This document shows positions 12,934-19,157 of a stretch of 19,157 nt of DNA, piece by piece. How positions within the stretch are numbered: the first letter of the stretch is position 1; each line of letters starts with the position of its first letter. A program made the translations under genes and the position numbers. Under the pieces are notes generated by a model. The model was not told where the DNA came from. It did no database searches and worked only from the letters and a program-made list of their open reading frames with translations. The stretch lies in IMG/VR virus record IMGVR_UViG_3300045988_018683. The stretch is one strand, 5' to 3'. The stretch comes from a virus.

Positions 12934-14826
12934 ATGGCAACCGTGTATACGAAAACCGACAATTACGGACTGAACCTTTACGGGGACAACGACCCCGCCG
13001 ACTTGAGGGACGGCTATAACGGCAGCATGCGGACCATTGACGCCACTTTGGAACAGCATCTTAACCGCATCGAGGGCGTGGAAGCGCGAGAAACACATGA
13101 TGAAGCGGTTATGAAGGCGCTGCTTGTGGATAACACGGTGGATAAGGCAACCGCAGCGAAAACCAAGTGGGACAAGTCAAGTGCGGACGCCGCCGCCGCC
13201 GCAAGCAAGGCCGACGCAAACACGACAATTCTCAACGCACTCGGCGCTGGGTCTACCGTCAATGCCGCCGCCCAGAAAACCAAGTGGGATAATGCGGTTG
13301 CCACCGCCAACGGCAACACTCAGGCGCTGGCCGCGCTCGGGAGCAATACCACCGCCACCGCCGCCGCAAATAAGACCAAGTGGGATAACGCCGCCACAAG
13401 AGTCGCGGAACTTGCTACCGCGCGTGTGGACAGCAAGCTATCCTCACATTTCATCATTCATGCGCACCGTGGCTCGTACCGTTTCCCCGAAAACACTATG
13501 GAGGGAATCATGTGGGCGGTACGTCACGGGTACGTGCCGGAAATCGACGTACAGCTCACGTCGGACGGCGTGCCAGTTATCCTGCACGACACGTCTACCG
13601 CCCGAACCATGACGGGAACCGCCGCCAACGTGTCCTCCATCACCTACAAGGACTTCATGAGCCGCGAAGTCAAAGCGAAAGTGCATGGTGGCAATACCGG
13701 CAGACCGGTGAGCATGGAGCAGGTACTACAGGCTGTGGGCGATAGTCCGGTTGATTTTGAAATCAAATCGTTGAACAACGCCACCACCGACGCAATGCTG
13801 GAATTGTTGCGAAAGTATAATGCCACCGCAATCCACGAATTGACTTCGTTCAGTTGGGAGCAGTGCGTACGCGCGGTGCAAGGCGGAGTGAAATACGTGT
13901 CATGGACGTGGGATGTGGATGCTATGCCGCATTCTTGGATTGACATGAAAAATGCGGGCATTTTCTGCGGCAATCCGCGGGAAGACAAACTCACCTCATC
14001 AATGGTCAACGCCGCGCATTCGGCTGGAGTCAAGATTAATCCGTGGCTTATCAATGACCCCGTAGCCTACGAGCGTGTTACCGCGCTCGATGTAGACGGT
14101 ATCACCTCCAATTGGCCGGATTACGCTAGCGGACAATTGGAACGAAACTTCACCCCGTTCAGTTCAGGCCAGAACGTTTTCATGCGCCCGAACTACGCTC
14201 CCGCAGGTAACCAGGTATCACAGGAAATACCGGACAATGTTAGAGCGAAAAGTTCGTATCTTGCACCGGACGGGCTTTTTCAGTTGGGTGATGCAGATTC
14301 TCAGATGCTAGTGGAAATGGTTGAATGTGGCACGGTATCCCTACCGGTCACTATCGACCTTGAAGGCTTCGAGTCCAAAATACAGATTGGAGACGCAGGG
14401 GAAACGAAGAACATTGCGGTAATCGCAGCGAAAGAGTCAACCCCTATCAGCCAGTTTAACGACAAGGCGACGGCTGGACAGGTCGGTATCATTGCAGGCG
14501 TTCGACGTAATGGTGATACTTTCGGTGGCTTCTATCGGGACAACGAAGAAACGGTGGCATTCGACAGTACCCCCCCAGTGTCTCCATCCGTACCAAATGA
14601 CAAAGCGGTGGGAGTCCATGCAAGTTTCGTGCTCGACCGTGACCATGCTCGAATCGTCTGGGCATATTCCAATGGGCAGTCGGGCGATGTGACTACCGGC
14701 AACAATAAGGGCGTCACGTTGCCCGACACTGACAAGTACCGTCTGTTCGTCCGTCTTGCACGCAATTTTAAGAGTGTGTGGAAAATTAGGGTGCGCCCAG
14801 CGGACGGACTCTTATACGAGAGCTGA
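12934..14826 (+). CDS. Tail fibre / appendage protein with a glycerophosphodiester phosphodiesterase (GDPD) domain, 630 aa
   Basis: Four parts: the N-terminal shared motif NYGLNLYGDNDPADLRDGYNGSMRTID; three KTKWD repeats; the GDPD signature IIHAHRGSYRFPENTMEGIMWAVRHGYVPEIDVQLTSDGVPVILHDTSTARTM; and about 220 aa of unassigned C-terminus. Confidence 0.75.
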   Translation: MATVYTKTDNYGLNLYGDNDPADLRDGYNGSMRTIDATLEQHLNRIEGVEARETHDEAVMKALLVDNTVDKATAAKTKWDKSSADAAAAASKADANTTILNALGAGSTVNAAAQKTKWDNAVATANGNTQALAALGSNTTATAAANKTKWDNAATRVAELATARVDSKLSSHFIIHAHRGSYRFPENTMEGIMWAVRHGYVPEIDVQLTSDGVPVILHDTSTARTMTGTAANVSSITYKDFMSREVKAKVHGGNTGRPVSMEQVLQAVGDSPVDFEIKSLNNATTDAMLELLRKYNATAIHELTSFSWEQCVRAVQGGVKYVSWTWDVDAMPHSWIDMKNAGIFCGNPREDKLTSSMVNAAHSAGVKINPWLINDPVAYERVTALDVDGITSNWPDYASGQLERNFTPFSSGQNVFMRPNYAPAGNQVSQEIPDNVRAKSSYLAPDGLFQLGDADSQMLVEMVECGTVSLPVTIDLEGFESKIQIGDAGETKNIAVIAAKESTPISQFNDKATAGQVGIIAGVRRNGDTFGGFYRDNEETVAFDSTPPVSPSVPNDKAVGVHASFVLDRDHARIVWAYSNGQSGDVTTGNNKGVTLPDTDKYRLFVRLARNFKSVWKIRVRPADGLLYES

Positions 14827-14843
14827 TAGACGTCACTTTTAGC

Positions 14844-14888
14844 TAATAGCCATACCACTATAATGGTGGCATGGCTATTACTTTTAAT
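14844..14888 (+). terminator. Hairpin (15-bp stem, one mismatch) plus CTTTTAAT, overlapping the next gene's start codon
   Basis: TAATAGCCATACCAC-tataatg-GTGGCATGGCTATTA. The ATG at 14871 lies in the 3' arm. Confidence 0.45.
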
Positions 14889-16094
14889 GATTGGATTAAG
14901 CAGACCCAAGGCCGATACTGGGACATGGACGGCGCTTACGGCGCACAATGCTGGGACTTGTGGGCTAAATACTGCATGGATTTATACGGTGCGTCCGTAA
15001 GCGACTGCATCACGCCAACCGGATACGCGGAAGGAAACTACACAAGGTTTCCCACGAACGCGAAAATGGCGCAGATTTTCGAGAAGAAGCCCGCCGACTA
15101 CAGTCCCGTAAAAGGTGATGTGGCGTTTTGGAATTTCTCAAGCCAACACACAGGCTCACACGTATCCATTGTCATAGAAGACGGCGTGCATAACGGGCGC
15201 ATCACCGTGTTATCGCAAAACCCTAACCCCGCGCAGCGCATGACATTCGACCTGACCGCCTTTTTAGGCTATCTGCATCCGAAAGCACTGGGTGAGGGGG
15301 GTGGAACGACGTCCACGGAAAATAATCCGACAGGCGACAATAGCAGCGGGTCAGCTGATTCTGCGCGTGGTGGCGCGTGGATACATTGGCAGGGCGACAA
15401 CCTCTACTTACACGAGAGCGATAATGCCGGGACGCGAACCCGTATTTTCTACCGTACGACGGCCAACAATTTTTCTGAAAAAGCGTCACAATCCCAACCG
15501 CCCAGCGACAACGGACAGGCGCATCCATCCGTCTCGTTGTCGGCCGAAAACTCGTACGCCCTCTATGTTGTCGGCACCGTCGAAGCGGGTTTGCGCTGGG
15601 ATGCAGTCGAAGCCGCGAACCTCCAAGGCATCGGAATTGCGCAATGGAGTTTCGAGCGACGCCTGCAAGTACTCAACGCCATGAAAGCCGCCGACCCAAC
15701 CGGATATGCGGCATTCAAAACCGCCGCGCCTGAAATAGCCGCGCTCATGGAGTCAGGCGGTGCGTTCAAACGTTCGCTCACCTCGTCGGAAGCGGCCGCG
15801 TTCCGCACATGGGCCGGACGCAGCGAGTCACGCGACGGACAGCGCAAGCAGTTCGCAGAAGACTACGCAGGCTACCCCAAACAGTATACTGACACTAAAA
15901 TGCAAATACTTTGGGTTACGGCGTATCACCAGTCGCCCGCTAACGCGCTCAAGGTGCCGAAAGCGCCGAATCTCGCACAACTTAAAAACAATATTCTGAA
16001 CACATATCCGTTCGGCCCGTACACGACACGATACAATCAGGCATATTCATTATTGAGTGTGTGGGACGGCAAGTCAAACCCGCCATCATTCTAA
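14871..16094 (+). CDS. Virion-associated peptidoglycan hydrolase (tail lysin): N-terminal CHAP domain plus a tentative C-terminal lysozyme-like domain
   Basis: CHAP signature DGAYGAQCWDL ... GDVAFW ... GSHVSIV. The central linker is Gly/Ser/Thr rich. The C-terminal GTVEAG...GIGIAQWSFERR resembles phage tail lysozyme domains. The position corresponds to phi29 gp13. Confidence 0.7.
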   Translation: MAITFNDWIKQTQGRYWDMDGAYGAQCWDLWAKYCMDLYGASVSDCITPTGYAEGNYTRFPTNAKMAQIFEKKPADYSPVKGDVAFWNFSSQHTGSHVSIVIEDGVHNGRITVLSQNPNPAQRMTFDLTAFLGYLHPKALGEGGGTTSTENNPTGDNSSGSADSARGGAWIHWQGDNLYLHESDNAGTRTRIFYRTTANNFSEKASQSQPPSDNGQAHPSVSLSAENSYALYVVGTVEAGLRWDAVEAANLQGIGIAQWSFERRLQVLNAMKAADPTGYAAFKTAAPEIAALMESGGAFKRSLTSSEAAAFRTWAGRSESRDGQRKQFAEDYAGYPKQYTDTKMQILWVTAYHQSPANALKVPKAPNLAQLKNNILNTYPFGPYTTRYNQAYSLLSVWDGKSNPPSF

Positions 16095-16099
16095 AAGCG

Positions 16100-16108
16100 T
16101 GGTATACT
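16100..16108 (+). promoter_or_regulatory. Extended -10-like element TGGTATACT after the tail lysin gene
   Basis: TGn plus TATACT, 6 nt after the TAA stop at 16092-16094. Confidence 0.3.
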
Positions 16109-16170
16109 TGATAATGGCAGCGGTTGTATGATGACCTTTCCCCTTGAACGGCTGCCATATGATAGGTTGG

Positions 16171-16210
16171 TGGAGGGCGTGCGAGTCATGGCGCACGCCC
16201 TCCACTAGTT
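16171..16210 (+). terminator. GC-rich 13-bp hairpin upstream of the packaging ATPase gene (terminator or leader structure)
   Basis: TGGAGGGCGTGCG-agtcatgg-CGCACGCCCTCCA followed by CTAGTTT, a short U-tract. Confidence 0.4.
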
Positions 16211-16226
16211 TAGGAGGTTTGCAAGC

Positions 16227-17294
16227 ATGACATTGCAGACGCTCGACGAGAGCGATTATTACGACTTGCACAATCTGTTGACGCGAAACGCCCCGTGGAA
16301 CTTCATAATCGGCGCACGCGGCCTAGGCAAGACATTTGCCGCGAAACGGTACGGTATAAAAGAGTACATCAAGCATGGCTATGAGTTCATCTATCTACGC
16401 CGTACGGACGTGGAACAGCATCGCAAGGAAACGTTTTTCAAGGATATCCAAGAGTACTTTCCATCATACGAGTTTCGAGTCAATGGAGAAAAAGGGCAAT
16501 TACATAAGACGTCATGGGATGAAAAGGACTGGCGGACATGCTGTTACTTCGTCGCCCTCTCACAGGCGGGAGGGTTGAAGTCAGTCGCCTATCCTAAAGT
16601 ACACTTGATTATCTTCGACGAGATTTTCCCCGACAACTTACGGTTCTTAAGCAATGAGGTGAACTCGTTCAGTGAATTTTATAACACGGTGGACAGGTGG
16701 CAGGACAGGACGAAAGTATTGTTTTTGTCTAACGCGGTGCAGAAAGCTAACCCGTATTTTGCAAAATACCGGCTGGACATTGGCGCACAGCAAGCCAACC
16801 AACAACAATACAAACTCTACTGTAGTGGGTTCATATGTCTCGAATTGGCTGACTATGGCGGTTTCTCGGCAAAAGTCGCCAAATCAAAGTTCGGCAGATT
16901 CTTAGAACGGTACGACGAAGACTACGCCGACTACGCAATCCGCAACAAATTCCGCGACGAGTCTGACACATTGCTGGCACCCATACCACCAGACGGCGAA
17001 CTATCCTACATCTTGGACACAACAGACTATGCGCGTTTCGGGATATGGATATCCGTGTCCGAACGTGACGGGCATGTTTCACAATATGTTTCACGACGCA
17101 TTCCAAAGGACAACAATCGCCCCGTCTATACGCTAGACCCGAACCACGTTAACGAAAAGACATGGTACGTCAAAAAGTCGGATGATATCATACGACGACT
17201 CACTACCGGCTACCGACTTGGCAAAATACGATTCGACGACTCGCAAATCAAAGCAGACTTTGGTTTAATAATAGGAGAATTGCTAGGAAAATAG
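16227..17294 (+). CDS. DNA packaging (encapsidation) ATPase, phi29 gp16-like
   Basis: SD AGGAGG. WNFIIGARGLGKTFA (Walker A), EFIYLRR, VHLIIFDE (Walker B) and LSNAVQKANPYF align with gp16 LNFVIGARGIGKSYA, QFIYVRR, IVFDE and LSNAVSVVNPYF. Confidence 0.9.
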   Translation: MTLQTLDESDYYDLHNLLTRNAPWNFIIGARGLGKTFAAKRYGIKEYIKHGYEFIYLRRTDVEQHRKETFFKDIQEYFPSYEFRVNGEKGQLHKTSWDEKDWRTCCYFVALSQAGGLKSVAYPKVHLIIFDEIFPDNLRFLSNEVNSFSEFYNTVDRWQDRTKVLFLSNAVQKANPYFAKYRLDIGAQQANQQQYKLYCSGFICLELADYGGFSAKVAKSKFGRFLERYDEDYADYAIRNKFRDESDTLLAPIPPDGELSYILDTTDYARFGIWISVSERDGHVSQYVSRRIPKDNNRPVYTLDPNHVNEKTWYVKKSDDIIRRLTTGYRLGKIRFDDSQIKADFGLIIGELLGK

Positions 17295-17309
17295 GAAGGA
17301 ATAACAACA

Positions 17310-17675
17310 ATGACCACAGCGGACGTATGGTGCGCTATCGCAGTGATGTTCTTCATCGCCACCGATTACGTTACCGGCATGGCGAAAGCCATCATGCAGG
17401 ACAATTTAAGCTCCGAAAAAATGCGGGAGGGGTTAGGTCACAAGTTCGCCTATATAATCCTCACGTTGACAGCATGGTTTATCGATGAAGTTAACCTACA
17501 CGTCGACTTAGGGTTACCGGTTTCTGTATTCGTCTGCACTGTCGGCGGAATTTGTTTAATTGAACTCACGTCGATTTTGGAAAACATCACCGAAATCAAC
17601 CCTGAACTAGCGGACGCGCCATTCATGCAGATTTTCGCCAAGAACGACACTCAATCGAAACACGGCAGAAAATGA
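17310..17675 (+). CDS. Holin (phage_holin_4_1 / LL-H-type family)
   Basis: SD GGAAGGA. Three hydrophobic segments. The motifs DYVTGMAKA, SSEKMREGLGHK and LIELTSILENI are typical of this holin family. It lies upstream of the endolysin gene. Confidence 0.75.
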   Translation: MTTADVWCAIAVMFFIATDYVTGMAKAIMQDNLSSEKMREGLGHKFAYIILTLTAWFIDEVNLHVDLGLPVSVFVCTVGGICLIELTSILENITEINPELADAPFMQIFAKNDTQSKHGRK

Positions 17676-17848
17676 ACACAATCATATCATATTGGATATT
17701 GAGCGTACTCACGGCGATAGGGCTTGCGATGTGGCTCGCATCCTACGCCGTACAGTATCCGCAATTCCACCATGCCGCATTCATCTTCATGCTCATCACA
17801 GCAACCCCGTGGACAGCGGCAACATTATATCTGACACAAACCATGTAA
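17672..17848 (+). CDS. Small two-TM membrane protein (58 aa), possible second holin, antiholin or lysis accessory
   Basis: Not in the track. Its ATG overlaps the holin stop (ATGA). Sequence is MNTIISYWILSVLTAIGLAMWLASYAVQYPQFHHAAFIFMLITATPWTAATLYLTQTM. It fills the holin-endolysin gap exactly. Confidence 0.5.
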   Translation: MNTIISYWILSVLTAIGLAMWLASYAVQYPQFHHAAFIFMLITATPWTAATLYLTQTM

Positions 17849-17858
17849 AGGGACAAAA

Positions 17859-18509
17859 ATGAACATCCAAGAATGGATTAACACAGTCAACGGCAAAACC
17901 ATCGACGTAGACAGGGCATACGGCGGCCAATGCTGGGACCTATGGTCGCACTACGCCCAGCACGTGTACGGTATTCCACAAGCCGACACGAACACGGTAG
18001 ACGGATACGCGGCAAGCGTGTACACGGCACGGTACGGACGTAGCCGCGCACTGCAAAACACGTTCGAGCGAAAACCTGCCAACTATACGCCCGTCTACGG
18101 TGACGTGGCATTCTGGAAATGCAGCAGAATGAACCACGTCGCCATCGTAGTACGAGACAACGGCAACGGCACGCTACAAACCATCAGCCAAAACCCCAAC
18201 CGTGCCGGATACGTCAACATCGGCAAAAAAGGCATCATCGGCTACTTTCATCCACGCAACAGCAGCAACAATACCACCACCACCACCACACGCGCCTATC
18301 GCGTCAACGTCGACGTGCTCAACGTACGCTCGGCACCAAGCATCCACAGTCAAGTCGTGGCGCAATACCGCAAAGGACAAACGGTCAACCTCATGAGCGG
18401 AACCACCATTGCGGACGGTTATGTTTGGGGCCACTACGTAGGCGGGTCGGGAAAGACACGCTATGTCGCGCTAAAAGCCGTGAACGGTACGAACAAATAC
18501 CTCGTATGA
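17859..18509 (+). CDS. Endolysin: CHAP domain plus C-terminal SH3b-type cell-wall binding domain
   Basis: SD AGGGA. CHAP signature DRAYGGQCWDL ... GDVAFW ... NHVAIVV, a T-rich linker, then YRVNVDVLNVRSAPS...VVAQYRKGQTV...GYVWGHY...RYVA, which is SH3-like. Confidence 0.85.
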   Translation: MNIQEWINTVNGKTIDVDRAYGGQCWDLWSHYAQHVYGIPQADTNTVDGYAASVYTARYGRSRALQNTFERKPANYTPVYGDVAFWKCSRMNHVAIVVRDNGNGTLQTISQNPNRAGYVNIGKKGIIGYFHPRNSSNNTTTTTTRAYRVNVDVLNVRSAPSIHSQVVAQYRKGQTVNLMSGTTIADGYVWGHYVGGSGKTRYVALKAVNGTNKYLV

Positions 18510-18515
18510 CATAAG

Positions 18516-18548
18516 GAAAGCCCCTAGGTTGATGTCCTAGGGGCTTTC
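18516..18548. terminator. Bidirectional hairpin terminator between the convergent endolysin and right-end genes
   Basis: A 13-bp perfect stem, GAAAGCCCCTAGG-ttgatgt-CCTAGGGGCTTTC, followed by TTGTTAT on the + strand. Confidence 0.7.
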
Positions 18549-18558
18549 TTGTTATCTA

Positions 18559-18759
18559 TCATGCTTTCTCGAACGCTTCAATAAAATCAGCGGACGGAAA
18601 AGAATCACAATCCTCATACTCCTCAATAGTCATATTATTGACCAACGCCACATGATGCAGATTTTCGACAATCACATCAATATCAAAATCGGTTAGTTGT
18701 TGGTCGCTGTTCAAAATATAATCCTCGGCGTAATCCTTGATGATGCTGTTGTTAATCAT
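18559..18759 (-). CDS. Highly acidic 66-aa early protein read inward from the right ITR
   Basis: The real start is the ATG at 18759-18757, preceded by the ITR-encoded SD AAGGAAAGGA. The 195-aa track ORF is an in-frame run-on into the ITR. The protein has 9 Asp, 7 Glu, 2 Lys and no Arg. Confidence 0.65.
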   Translation of the reverse strand: MINNSIIKDYAEDYILNSDQQLTDFDIDVIVENLHHVALVNNMTIEEYEDCDSFPSADFIEAFEKA

Positions 18760-19157
18760 TTTATTTTTCCTTTCCTTGAACTTGATAACTACACTATAAC
18801 ACAAACAAAACGGCGACACGCCCGAAAACAAAACACAGCAAAACAATAAAAAACAACCACAGGACGAGCAGTAAGTTACGGTTACGTAACCGTAACCTAG
18901 CAGGACACACATTGTTGCATATACAACCATTGACACAACGTCAACATAGATTGTTGCACATACAACCATTGACACAACGTCAATAAAAAAAAACGACACG
19001 CCCGAAAATAAAAAAACTTGACATGCAAGCGTAAAAAAAATATAATAGAGACATAAACAAAACAAAACGACAACGAAGTCACAGAACAAAAAAAAATAAT
19101 ACACAAATAAAAAAAACCACAAGGGAAAATCTTCACACAAACCCACACCCCTCCCAC
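18756..19157. repeat. Right inverted terminal repeat (ITR)
   Basis: Reverse complement of 1-400 with two extra A residues next to the inner end (GGAAAAATAAAATGA versus GGAAATAAAATGA). Confidence 0.95.
19018..19046 (+). promoter_or_regulatory. Outward-facing consensus sigma70-type promoter in the right ITR
   Basis: TTGACA at 19018-19023, a 17-nt spacer, TATAAT at 19041-19046. It points toward the right genome end, about 105 nt away. Confidence 0.6.

Noticed and set aside
18559-19146. 195-aa minus-strand ORF
   Set aside because: Only the last 66 codons (from the ATG at 18759) look like a protein and have an SD. The upstream part is an in-frame run through the ITR.
1-19157. Terminal inverted repeats as the ends of a transposon, casposon or polinton-like element
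   Set aside because: There is no transposase, integrase or Cas1. The repeats flank a complete virion, packaging and lysis gene set with a terminal protein candidate and a protein-primed polymerase, which fits a linear phage genome.
1-19157. tRNA, rRNA, integrase, lysogeny module or toxin-antitoxin genes
   Set aside because: I scanned the intergenic regions and ORF translations by eye and saw no cloverleaf-like segment, recombinase motif or repressor-type HTH protein. The absence is not proven without tRNAscan or HMM searches.

Overview
The window reads as a complete linear dsDNA genome (19,157 bp) of a phi29-like, protein-primed podophage, probably infecting a Gram-positive host. It is bounded by about 400-bp inverted terminal repeats (ITRs). 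All convincing genes but one lie on the + strand. From left to right they are: small early ORFs; a replication module in phi29 order (p6-like DNA-binding protein, p5-like SSB, terminal protein, protein-primed family-B DNA polymerase); a possible non-coding transcription unit; then a late module. The late module holds scaffold, major capsid protein with a C-terminal Ig-like domain, gp9-like tail knob, gp10-like portal, gp11-like lower collar, three fibre genes with a shared N-terminal motif (one carrying a GDPD phosphodiesterase domain), a CHAP plus lysozyme-like tail lysin, the gp16-like packaging ATPase, holin, a small membrane protein and a CHAP-SH3b endolysin. One acidic 66-aa gene is read inward from the right ITR on the - strand. 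I saw no tRNA, rRNA, CRISPR array, integrase or transposase. The most interesting items are: the ITR architecture, with an outward consensus promoter, tandem repeats, a palindrome, and a promoter/SD/ATG shared by both ends; a compact polymerase that seems to lack Exo I and has YANTDG in motif C; and an ORF-free promoter-to-terminator unit after the polymerase gene that could encode a pRNA-like RNA. All family assignments rest on by-eye motif comparison with remembered phi29-family proteins. No database search or folding program was run.
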